A DNA stretch of 64,000 nucleotides from an uncultured Gemmatimonadaceae bacterium. GTDB taxonomy: Bacteria; Gemmatimonadota; Gemmatimonadetes; Gemmatimonadales; GWC2-71-9. Position numbers and translations under genes: made by a program. This document shows positions 34,874-43,082 of this stretch, in pieces. The notes beneath the pieces were generated by a model. That model made no database searches. It had not been told where the DNA came from and saw only the letters and a program-made list of their open reading frames with translations. The DNA is taken from assembly GCA_964642475.1 (NCBI GenBank), contig CAZXRC010000001.1:3560-67559 (forward strand), written 5' to 3'. Numbering within the stretch: position 1 is the first letter of the stretch; the number at the start of each line of letters is the position of its first letter.

Positions 34874-35779
34874 TCAGGCTTCCGGGGCGGTGGCTGGCAG
34901 GTTTTCGAACGAGAGCACGCGGGACTCCGCCGGGTGGCCCAGCAGGTACCTGAGTGCGGCGGTGGCGCGATCGAGCAGCGCGGCAGGCTCCACGCTTGCC
35001 GCCCGGAGATCCGCCACCGCACTGTACCCCGCCACGAGCTTCGCCGGCCGGCCGTCCTGCCCCATGGCCGCTTCCAGCCGGCGCACCAGCTGCAGCGCCC
35101 CTTCCTCTTCCGTCTCCGGAGCCACCACCAGGAACTCCTGCTCGCCCAGCTGGGCGATCGCGTCGGAGGCCCGGCCATGGAGCCGCAGCAGGGCGTGGAG
35201 CGTGGGCGCCGGGGCTTCCGGCGCCGGCCCCGCCTCGGACAGCGCGATGCAAGCGAGGGGACGGCCCCGACGCGCCACCTCCGACCCGATCTCCCGCACC
35301 CGCACCGCCAAACCCCGTACGGTGTAGAGGCCGGTGCGGGCATCGATCAGGGCCGCTTCCCGGAGTTGATCGGCCTCCTGTTTCGCCGCGAGAAAGGTGT
35401 GAAGCCGAGTGAGCAGCGCGACGCCATCGAGCGGTTGGCCATAGAACTCCCAGGCTCCGGCCTCGTACGCCGCAAGCCGCTGGGCCCGGCCGGAGGGCCC
35501 CGCCGTCGTGATGATGATGGGGGTGGTCATCCCGAACAGCGGATCGCTCCGCAGCTGCTGACAGACCTCGAGCCCGTGAATGTCGGGCAGCTGCGCATCG
35601 AGGATCACCAGATCGGGCCGGGCCCGGCGGGCTCGCTCCAGCGCCTGCAGACCGGTGTAGGCGCGTATGACAGTGTACCCCTGCGGCGAGAGGATGCTGT
35701 CGAGCGAGCGCGCCGACCACTCCTGGTCGTTGGCGATCAGCACCACCACCGGCCGTGAGTTCACCGGGACTTCGGTCAT
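34874..35779 (-). CDS. Response regulator: REC domain + degenerate GGDEF domain
   Basis: ORF 34874..35785; ATG 35779 has an AGGGG SD. REC: VVVLIANDQE...DLVILDAQLPD. GGDEF-like: DARTGLYTVRGL...RASDAIAQLGEQEFLVVAPET. The active site reads GEQEF and the usual DxDxFK metal site is absent, while an RxxD (RASD) sits exactly 5 residues upstream. Confidence 0.7.
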   Translation of the reverse strand: MTEVPVNSRPVVVLIANDQEWSARSLDSILSPQGYTVIRAYTGLQALERARRARPDLVILDAQLPDIHGLEVCQQLRSDPLFGMTTPIIITTAGPSGRAQRLAAYEAGAWEFYGQPLDGVALLTRLHTFLAAKQEADQLREAALIDARTGLYTVRGLAVRVREIGSEVARRGRPLACIALSEAGPAPEAPAPTLHALLRLHGRASDAIAQLGEQEFLVVAPETEEEGALQLVRRLEAAMGQDGRPAKLVAGYSAVADLRAASVEPAALLDRATAALRYLLGHPAESRVLSFENLPATAPEA

Positions 35780-36140
35780 AAACACCCCTGATCAGATCGG
35801 AGGGCTGGCCCCGCGATAGTGATGCAGCGATCCCACGATTCTTTGCCGTCCCGCCGCAACATCGCCCACGTCCTGGCGGACTCCCGCACCCACTTCGGCC
35901 CTGGGGCCGAAATGTAAGTCGCTAAGAGCCAACAACTTATGAGATGACGCCGGATTTGGCTGCCCGCCGGACGGCGCCGCCTGGTGCCGGCGTCATTCTT
36001 GAGAATGCAAGGGCCGTGAACGACCGGTTGGCCGTCGGCCGAAGCATCGAGGCTGTGCCGCCGGGGCCCGCAGTCGGCCAGTTGGCGCTGGGAACTGGGC
36101 ATCGTCCGCCGTGCACCGAGACCACCCAAGGGTACCACCG

Positions 36141-36320
36141 ATGATGTCTGAGGCGATTTCCCAGAGTCAGGAGCAGCAGGCCTTGCTGGCCGAGCGCGGC
36201 GAACACCTGCGTCGGCTCGCCCGGTTTGCCTTGGTGGACGATGTCCCGAATCCCTGGGGACTGGGCGGCGGCCCACGGAACGGCTCGGGCATGGGCGAGA
36301 GCGAAACGCCGAATGTCTAG
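36141..36320 (+). CDS. Possible small protein (59 aa) translationally coupled to the Wza-like gene
   Basis: MMSEAISQSQEQQALLAERGEHLRRLARFALVDD... Third codon positions are about 80% G/C. Its stop overlaps the Wza-like ATG by 8 nt. No clear SD and no family recognised. Confidence 0.3.
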   Translation: MMSEAISQSQEQQALLAERGEHLRRLARFALVDDVPNPWGLGGGPRNGSGMGESETPNV

Positions 36321-37047
36321 CCAGCGCATTCGCGGGGCCGCACTGGCCGGCCTGATGGCCCTGTTGATCGGGGTGCAGTCCGCCGCGGGGCAGAATGCCG
36401 CGGCCCGGGCCCTGGCCACTCGAGAGGATCTTCAGGCGCTGCTCGCCAATCGGCAGTTGCCGGGCCGGGACCGGGCGATCATCGAGCACCGTCTCGAGGC
36501 TGGCGACTTCAAGCCCGGCGACCGGGTGTTTCTCACGGTCCGAGGCGAACAGGCGCTGACCGACACCTTCACGGTTCAGAACGGGCCCAACCTCCAGCTT
36601 CCCGACCAGGCCCCCCTCCCTTTGCACGGGGTCCTGCGGTCGGAACTGCAGGCCAAGGTGACCGAGCACGTCAGCCAGTACCTCCGGACCCCAACGGTGT
36701 TCGCCCAGGCGCTCCTCAGAATCGGCATCCTCGGGGCCGTGGTCCGGCCGGGCTACTACAACGTCCGGGCGGACCAGCCGCTGGCCGACATGCTGACTGT
36801 GGCCGGCGGGCTGGCGGGAGATGGAGAACTCAAGAAGACGAGTCTGAGCCGCAACGGCGCCGAGTACTGGCCCCGGGAGGAAGTGCGGCGGGCCCTGGCG
36901 TCGGGGAAGTCTCTCGATGTGCTCGGGCTGCAGGGAGGAGATGAGCTGCAGGTTGGCCGGCGCGGGGCCGGATTCGCGGCCACGTTCGGCATTATCACCG
37001 GTGTGGTGGGGCTGACGACCACCGTGATTCTTCTGACCCGGAATTGA
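36313..37047 (+). CDS. Polysaccharide export protein (Wza-like; Poly_export + SLBB)
   Basis: Inside ORF 36226..37047; ATG 36313. Signal peptide MSSQRIRGAALAGLMALLIGVQSAAGQ. Strings: FKPGDRVFLTVRGEQ, IGILGAVVRPGYYNV, LADMLTVAGGL. C-terminal hydrophobic helix. Confidence 0.75.
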   Translation: MSSQRIRGAALAGLMALLIGVQSAAGQNAAARALATREDLQALLANRQLPGRDRAIIEHRLEAGDFKPGDRVFLTVRGEQALTDTFTVQNGPNLQLPDQAPLPLHGVLRSELQAKVTEHVSQYLRTPTVFAQALLRIGILGAVVRPGYYNVRADQPLADMLTVAGGLAGDGELKKTSLSRNGAEYWPREEVRRALASGKSLDVLGLQGGDELQVGRRGAGFAATFGIITGVVGLTTTVILLTRN

Positions 37048-37070
37048 TCCACCAGGGGAGCACCAGGACC

Positions 37071-37841
37071 ATGACCGCAATCCCGAACCTCGCCGAGTCA
37101 ATACCCCTGCGCGCGCAGGGCCGTTACTCGTCGGCCCGGCTCCGCCTCATCGAGCCGACCCCCAGGGTGAACACCTATCGGGCGCGGGAGCTCTCCCCGG
37201 TGCACGAAGTGTCCCGGCGGGTGGTCAACATCGGCGCGGCGGTGCTCGGCCTGCTGCTGGCCGCCCCGATCATGTTGATCGTCGCGGTGGCGGTGAAGCT
37301 GACCTCGCCCGGCCCGATCATCTACTCCCAGATCCGGATCGGGCAGGATCGCCGCCGCCGGGCCCTGCGGCCGGGCGACGCGCGCCGCGCCAATGACCTC
37401 GGCGGCCGGCCGTTCCGGATCTACAAGTTCCGGACGATGCGGGCCGACGCCGAAAAGTCGACCGGCGCGGTCTGGGCCAGCCAGAACGATCCGCGGCTCT
37501 CCCCCATCGGCGGCTTCCTCCGCAAGTATCGGCTGGACGAACTGCCGCAGCTGGTGAACGTGCTGAAGGGCGACATGAACGTGGTCGGACCCCGGCCCGA
37601 GCGCCCGAGCATCTTCCGGGAGCTGAGCCAGACGATTCCGCAGTACGAGGCGCGCCAGCTGGTCAAGCCGGGGATCACCGGCCTGGCCCAGGTCAGCCAG
37701 CAGTACGACCAGTGCCTGGACGATGTGCGCAACAAGCTGCGCTATGACCTCGAGTACGTGCGGAGCCAGGGCCTGATCGAGGATATGCGGATCATGGTGC
37801 GGACGGTCCCGGTGGTTCTGCTGCGGAAGGGTGGCTGGTAA
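37071..37841 (+). CDS. Undecaprenyl-phosphate sugar-phosphate transferase (small monotopic PHPT, PglC/WbaP C-terminal type)
   Basis: ORF 37044..37841 (TTG); ATG 37071 preferred. Re-entrant helix VLGLLLAAPIMLIVAVAVKLTSPGPIIYSQ. Strings: YKFRTM, DELPQLVNVLKGDMNVVGPRPERP. Confidence 0.85.
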   Translation: MTAIPNLAESIPLRAQGRYSSARLRLIEPTPRVNTYRARELSPVHEVSRRVVNIGAAVLGLLLAAPIMLIVAVAVKLTSPGPIIYSQIRIGQDRRRRALRPGDARRANDLGGRPFRIYKFRTMRADAEKSTGAVWASQNDPRLSPIGGFLRKYRLDELPQLVNVLKGDMNVVGPRPERPSIFRELSQTIPQYEARQLVKPGITGLAQVSQQYDQCLDDVRNKLRYDLEYVRSQGLIEDMRIMVRTVPVVLLRKGGW

Positions 37842-37922
37842 GCCGGGCAACCAGTCGCGAAACCGGTTGCTGCCACGCGGCCCCCGACGGTGTCGGGGGC
37901 CGCCTTGGTTTTGCGCCCGAGC

Positions 37923-39110
37923 CTACCGCCGTGCCGGCTCCACCGCCGGACTCCCGGGGTGGGAGGCGAGGCGGGCGGACAACCCGGGGCGGGCGGCGAC
38001 CAGTTGCTGGACCCGGGCCGCCACGAGGCGGGCGAAGGCGTCGCTGCCCTGCACCGAGAAGTGACCCTCATCCAGAAAGTCGCCCGGCACCCAGGGGGCG
38101 GCCTGAATTCCGTCGAGGACCGTACAGTCGGCCTCCCGGGGGCCGCACGCCTCTCCCATCAGGCGGTTGAATCGCTGCAGCAGGACCGGCATGGCCCCAT
38201 TGTCGATCCTGGGAGTCCACCAGTCGCCGCCCGAGTGGGTGCGATACCATTCCGTGTTGAGGACCTGCGGGACCATCAGGGTGTAGGCCCCGGCCCGGGA
38301 GGCGAGGGCGCGCATGGTCCCCAGGTTTCGGATATAGAGCCGGTCCACGGTCGAGTCCGGCTCGGTGTAGGTCGGGTCGTTGGAGCGCGGTGAGGGCGCC
38401 GGCGCCAGGGACTTGGCGGCCACCAGGGCCAGCCGGCACAGCGCCGAGACATTGGCGAGGCGGGCGAAGCCGGTCTCCCGCCCGGCCTGCTGGATGTCGA
38501 GCGTGATGAACTGGTTCATCCCGTGACGGAAATAGTCGGGGCCCAGGTCGGGGCTGTGGTAGTTCCGGATGTCGTTCCAGCCTTCGTACAGCACCACGAT
38601 ATCCGGTCGGCTTTCCGGCACCAACAGCCCCATCTGGATCACACCCTCGGCCGTCGAGTAGCCGAGCAACCCGTAGTTGGTGACAGCGTAGCCGGGTCCC
38701 AGCAGCGCCTGGAGCCGGGCCGGCCAGGTCTCGGTGTCGGAGAGCCCGGCGCCGAACGTGGTCGAGCCGCCAAGTGTGGCCACCCGGACGGCGCCGTTGG
38801 CATCGGCTGGCGCTCCGGTCCAGCGGGTGTGCATGTCGGTCGTCGTGGCGATCTTGCCTTCACGTTCGGCCCGCACGCCGTTGCGCAGTCGGCCAACCAG
38901 GTAGGGGTGTTGTTCCAGCAGCTGCCGATGCCAGCTCAGGTCGCCGTCGGGGTGCTCCGCGCTGGCGTAGACCGGATAACCCTTGATCAGGTAGAACAGC
39001 ACCTGACCGGCCGCTTCCAGGCCCAGCAGCAGCACGCAGAACAGCGAAACGTTGAAGTACACGACCGCGAGTGTGGACCGCGCGGTGGAAAGTCCCTTCA
39101 TGGCGAGCAC
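37923..39110 (-). CDS. Membrane-anchored SGNH/GDSL-family hydrolase/acyltransferase
   Basis: 395 aa. N-terminal TM VVYFNVSLFCVLLLGL. Block I ATLGGSTTFG, block III LYEGWNDI, block V LDEGHF (DxxH). Confidence 0.65.
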   Translation of the reverse strand: MLAMKGLSTARSTLAVVYFNVSLFCVLLLGLEAAGQVLFYLIKGYPVYASAEHPDGDLSWHRQLLEQHPYLVGRLRNGVRAEREGKIATTTDMHTRWTGAPADANGAVRVATLGGSTTFGAGLSDTETWPARLQALLGPGYAVTNYGLLGYSTAEGVIQMGLLVPESRPDIVVLYEGWNDIRNYHSPDLGPDYFRHGMNQFITLDIQQAGRETGFARLANVSALCRLALVAAKSLAPAPSPRSNDPTYTEPDSTVDRLYIRNLGTMRALASRAGAYTLMVPQVLNTEWYRTHSGGDWWTPRIDNGAMPVLLQRFNRLMGEACGPREADCTVLDGIQAAPWVPGDFLDEGHFSVQGSDAFARLVAARVQQLVAARPGLSARLASHPGSPAVEPARR

Positions 39111-39122
39111 TCCTCTGGCGGT

Positions 39123-40292
39123 TCAGGCCTCACGTCGGGTCGGCTCCCAGATCGCGTTGCTGCCGCCCCGCAGGGCCTGGACCCAGGCGAGACACCCAGC
39201 GACGTGGGAAGCGAGCAGGAAGCCGCACAGCGCCACCACCCGTGGTAGCTGGCGTCCCTCCGGAGCCCGCCAGGCCACCACCCCGACGGCGATACCCCCG
39301 AGCGCCAGCGCCAGCACAACACGAGCCGGACCCGACTGGGTGGCCAGGAGCGCCAGCCCGATGAGGCCCAGGGGTGCGGCGGGAAACACCAGCCATCGCA
39401 CCAGTTTGTGCGACCAGAGCATCCACCCGAAGCTGCCGTAGCGGAGCGGATTCAGCAGATGGCGCTTGAGCCACAGGGTTCGGATCCCCCGACTCATCGT
39501 CCGGATCTTCCTGCGATACTCCCGCTGAAGCGAAGTCGCCCGCGGCACGAGACAGACCGCTCCGTTCACCGACACCGAGCGGAACCCGGCCTCCCGCGCC
39601 ACCAGGACCGAGGCGAAGTCACGCGAGTAGCCGGGCGGAATGGCCGCGCCGTGCAGCGAGCGGCGGATCGCGTAGAAGCAGCCGCTCGCCCCGACAATGG
39701 ACCCCAGCCGGGTCTCCAGCGAGCGCAGCCACATCTCGTATCCCACGTACCCGGACTCACCCCGATTGGCTTCCGCCGCCAGCGCGCCGACGCTCACGTC
39801 CCGCCCGGAGGCCACCCCTACGGTCGGGTCCTGGAGCGCCCGGACCAGCTCCTTGAGCGCCTCCGGCTGGATCCGGATGGTGGCATCGGTGTTGATGACG
39901 ATCTCGCCCCGCAGATATGGCAGCGCCGCAATCTCGCCGGCGTCCTTCCCACCCCGCACCGGCTGGCGCAGGAGCTGCACCCCCCGATCGGCGTATCCGC
40001 GCACGATCTCGTCGGTACCGTCGGTCGACGCGTCCGACAGCACCAGGATGTGCCGCCGCTCGGCGGGGTAGTCGAGGGCCAGCAGGCTCTCGATGGTCCG
40101 CCCGATCACCCGCTCCTCGTTGTAGGCCGGGACGACGATCGTGAGGTCGGGCCAGGTCGCGGGATCGGCCAGGCTGGAAGGCCGTGGCCGGAACCATCCC
40201 GCGACGAGGAGGGCGAGCGGATACCCCGCGTAGGCATACGCCATCAGCAGCAACGGGGTCAACGCGAGGCCGAGGGCCAGGGCCGAGATCAT
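39123..40292 (-). CDS. Family-2 glycosyltransferase with N- and C-terminal TM bundles (synthase-like topology)
   Basis: ORF 39123..40355. ATG 40292 overlaps the GT4 stop (ATGA). Strings: LTIVVPAYNEERVI, LSDASTDGT, INTDAT. Several hydrophobic helices after residue about 290. Confidence 0.8.
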   Translation of the reverse strand: MISALALGLALTPLLLMAYAYAGYPLALLVAGWFRPRPSSLADPATWPDLTIVVPAYNEERVIGRTIESLLALDYPAERRHILVLSDASTDGTDEIVRGYADRGVQLLRQPVRGGKDAGEIAALPYLRGEIVINTDATIRIQPEALKELVRALQDPTVGVASGRDVSVGALAAEANRGESGYVGYEMWLRSLETRLGSIVGASGCFYAIRRSLHGAAIPPGYSRDFASVLVAREAGFRSVSVNGAVCLVPRATSLQREYRRKIRTMSRGIRTLWLKRHLLNPLRYGSFGWMLWSHKLVRWLVFPAAPLGLIGLALLATQSGPARVVLALALGGIAVGVVAWRAPEGRQLPRVVALCGFLLASHVAGCLAWVQALRGGSNAIWEPTRREA

Positions 40293-41488
40293 GAGGTGAG
40301 AGCGGGCCTTCCCCGGACGAGTCGGTGTGCCACTTCGAGATAGCGGTCGATCCACGGTCCGGCGGCGAAGTCCCGCTCGAGGCGGATCGCGGCCCGGGCA
40401 GCCCGGGCGCCGGCCGCGCTTCGGTCGGAGAGCGCCTCCTCGATCGCGCCGGCCAGCTGCACGGGATGTACGGGGGATACCAGCCAGGCAGAGTCGGGAT
40501 CGAGCATATCCGGCACTCCACCCACGGCGGTCGCCACGATCGGCACCCGGGCCGCCATGGCCTCGAAGACCGCGATCGGGGTCCCCTCGGTGCGGGAGCT
40601 GAGCACGAACAGGTCGAACGCCGGCATCAGCCGTCCGGCTCCCGGCACGAGGCCGTGCCAGGCTATGCGCTCGGTGATCCCCAGTGACCCCGCCGCCGCT
40701 TCGAGAGTCGCTCGCTCCTGCCCGTCACCGATAATGGAAATGCGAGCCTGGGTCCCGGGCAAACGCGCCGCCGCGGCCAGCAGGACGTCGGCACCCTTCT
40801 CCCGCGAGAGCCTGCCGACCCAGCCGATGACGATGGCATCGGCTGCAAGGCCCAGCCGGGCTCGCGCCTCCGCCCGGCTCAGGGGCGGGGCGGGCGCGGC
40901 CCAGGCGTTGGGGATGAGCTCGATCGTCCGGGGCCCGACGCCGCGGGCCAGGAGCCGATCGCGCACCGAGCGTGACACGGCGATCACCGCGTCGAAGCGG
41001 CGATAGGCCTGGATCTGGAGCCACTCATAGACCTGGTTCTTCCAGTCGCCGCCGGTGAACCCATGGACGGTCGCGATCCGGCGGGCCCTGCGGCCCACCG
41101 CGTGCCCGGCGAGGACGTCGGCCCGATAGCCGTGGGTGTGCACCACGTCCGGTCGCCAGACTGCCACCCGGTGACGATGGGACGACCATTCGGTGCGGTA
41201 CCCGCGACGAGGCGAGCGCTGGACGAAGACGGGCACCCCGGCCGAGCGTAGCGCTTCGACGCTGGGCGGTTCCGGCGCTCCCTCGTCCAGCACCGCCACC
41301 ACCGCAACCGCAGCACCCCGCTCCCGCTGCCCGAGCGCCAGCATCTGAACCACGCTCTCGAGACCGCCCGCGGCGGCCGGTGCATAGATGTGGAGCAGGC
41401 GGAGAGGCTGGTCCGGCAGGAAACCTCCGGCACTGCGCGTGGGGGCGGGGTGACGTTCGCGGGCTCGGATGGACAAGGTGCGCTCCAC
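40289..41488 (-). CDS. Family-4 (GT-B) glycosyltransferase
   Basis: 399 aa. Strings: LRLLHIYAPAAAGGLESVV, SRTEGTPIAVFEAMAARVPIVATAVGGVPDM (EX7E-type region). Confidence 0.8.
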   Translation of the reverse strand: MERTLSIRARERHPAPTRSAGGFLPDQPLRLLHIYAPAAAGGLESVVQMLALGQRERGAAVAVVAVLDEGAPEPPSVEALRSAGVPVFVQRSPRRGYRTEWSSHRHRVAVWRPDVVHTHGYRADVLAGHAVGRRARRIATVHGFTGGDWKNQVYEWLQIQAYRRFDAVIAVSRSVRDRLLARGVGPRTIELIPNAWAAPAPPLSRAEARARLGLAADAIVIGWVGRLSREKGADVLLAAAARLPGTQARISIIGDGQERATLEAAAGSLGITERIAWHGLVPGAGRLMPAFDLFVLSSRTEGTPIAVFEAMAARVPIVATAVGGVPDMLDPDSAWLVSPVHPVQLAGAIEEALSDRSAAGARAARAAIRLERDFAAGPWIDRYLEVAHRLVRGRPALTS

Positions 41489-41544
41489 TAAGATGACCAG
41501 GACAGGCGCTGATCGCCATGGAGCGTGAGGAGTCGAGGCGCCGT

Positions 41545-41560
41545 TGGTATCCTTCCTGCA
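41545..41560 (+). promoter_or_regulatory. Weak candidate sigma-54 promoter upstream of lhgO
   Basis: TGGTATccttcCTGCA (8 of 11; GG/GC spacing exact), 57 nt upstream of ATG 41617. Confidence 0.25.
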
Positions 41561-41616
41561 GGCTCCCGTCTCCCTGGCCGGAGCGTCGTCACCCCCAACT
41601 GCGGGACGAGATTTCC

Positions 41617-42801
41617 ATGAGCAATGCGATCGTCATCGGTGGCGGCGCGGTGGGTGTCGCGACCGCCCTGGCGCTTTCGGAGCGACACGGGCAGCGAGTG
41701 GTAGTGTTGGAGGCGGAGGCGCGGCTGGCGGCGCACCAGACCGGGCATAACAGCGGCGTGATCCACTCCGGACTTTACTACAAGCCCGGCTCCCTCAAGG
41801 CCCGACTCTGTCGCGCCGGGCTCGAGGCCCTCTACCGGCTCTGCACCGATGAGAGCGTCCCCTTCCGGCGCTGCGGCAAACTGGTGGTTGCGACCCGGGC
41901 CGAGGAACTGCCCCGGCTCGAGACGCTGGCGGAGCGCGGCACGGCCAATGGCGTCCGGATGCGGCGGCTCGCGGCCGGCGAGCTGAAGGCACACGAGCCG
42001 GAGGTGGCGGGAATCGCGGGACTCTGGGTGGAGGACACCGGGGTCGTGAGTTTCCCGGCGGTGACGGATGCGATGGCCCGGCGGGTGACGAAGCTGGGGG
42101 GCGAGATCCGGACCGGGGCACGGGTGGTCGGCATCCGCCGCGACGGTCCCGGCCTCGTGGTCGAGACCACGACCGGGGAGTTCCGAAGCAACCGACTGGC
42201 GAACTGTGCCGGCCTGCAGTGCGACCGAGTGGCCCGACTGGCCGGGATCGAGCCGGGCGTACGTATCATCCCGTTCCGCGGAGAGTACTACGTCCTGAGG
42301 CCGGAGCGCGCCAGCCTGGTGCGCGGGCTGATCTACCCGGTCCCTGACCCGGCCCTCCCCTTTCTCGGCGTGCATTTCACCCGTGGGGTCGACGATGTGG
42401 TAGAGGCGGGGCCGAATGCCGTGCTGGCCCTCCGCCGGGAAGGCTACCGGTGGAGCGATGTCTCCCCGCGGGATATTGCCGACTGGGCCAGCTTCCCGGG
42501 TTTCTGGAGAATGCTCCGGTCGCAATGGCGCACCGGCGTGGACGAGGTGAGGCGCTCGCTGAGCCGGGCCCGGTTCCTTCGGTCGCTGCAGACCCTGATC
42601 CCAGCGCTCACCGACAGCGATATCCGCCCGGGGGGAAGCGGCGTCCGGGCGCAGGCGGTGGACCGCTCCGGACGGCTGCTCGACGACTTTCACTTACTGG
42701 AGGCGCCGCGCATGGTTCACGTCCTCAACGCCCCTTCCCCAGCGGCGACGGCGTCATTGGCAATTGGTGCGGTGGTCGCGGACCGTGTGATGGCCACCTG
42801 A
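41617..42801 (+). CDS. lhgO: L-2-hydroxyglutarate oxidase-like FAD-dependent oxidoreductase
   Basis: Inside ORF 41518..42801; ATG 41617. Strings: MSNAIVIGGGAVGVATA, HQTGHNSGVIHSGLYYKPGSLKA. Confidence 0.8.
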   Translation: MSNAIVIGGGAVGVATALALSERHGQRVVVLEAEARLAAHQTGHNSGVIHSGLYYKPGSLKARLCRAGLEALYRLCTDESVPFRRCGKLVVATRAEELPRLETLAERGTANGVRMRRLAAGELKAHEPEVAGIAGLWVEDTGVVSFPAVTDAMARRVTKLGGEIRTGARVVGIRRDGPGLVVETTTGEFRSNRLANCAGLQCDRVARLAGIEPGVRIIPFRGEYYVLRPERASLVRGLIYPVPDPALPFLGVHFTRGVDDVVEAGPNAVLALRREGYRWSDVSPRDIADWASFPGFWRMLRSQWRTGVDEVRRSLSRARFLRSLQTLIPALTDSDIRPGGSGVRAQAVDRSGRLLDDFHLLEAPRMVHVLNAPSPAATASLAIGAVVADRVMAT

Positions 42802-42850
42802 CCGGTCGGTTTCCCGGCAGCAAGATCAGTGCCACACGACTAGACTTGCG

Positions 42851-42866
42851 TGGCCTAAAGTGTGCT
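42851..42866 (+). promoter_or_regulatory. Weak candidate sigma-54 promoter upstream of the SGNH/FkbH/ACP/MBOAT operon
   Basis: TGGCCTaaagtGTGCT (8 of 11; spacing exact) in a locally AT-richer spacer, about 217 nt upstream of ATG 43083. Confidence 0.25.
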
Positions 42867-43082
42867 ATACCACGAGGTTGAGCTGCGGCGGCCCGCCCAT
42901 CCCACGGTTCAACCCAGCGGTCGGACCCGGACCATCGAACAGCGAGTTTGGCAGATGCCGTATTGTGTAGGAGCGCCAGAACCCCGAGGTGACCGGTTGG
43001 TGGAAGCGTCGTCCGCTTCGCGAGGCCCGATGACCCAGGGGCCGTCGCGATTCTCCATCCCACAGCCCCCTTCGATCCTCCG

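Noticed and set aside
21005-35785. PEP-CTERM/exosortase EPS system (an AsnB paralogue, chain-length determinant, and sigma-54 regulator resembling PrsR/PrsK).
   Set aside because: No exosortase (EpsH-like multi-TM) gene and no PEP-CTERM protein is visible in the window. The histidine kinase is a 367-aa soluble protein rather than the large multi-TM PrsK type. A system outside the window cannot be excluded.
35786-36312. A sigma-54 promoter in front of the Wza-like gene.
   Set aside because: Several TGG-containing strings occur here (for example TGGTGCcggcgTCATT and TGGCGCtgggaACTGG). None has the GC dinucleotide at the required spacing or a TTGC core.
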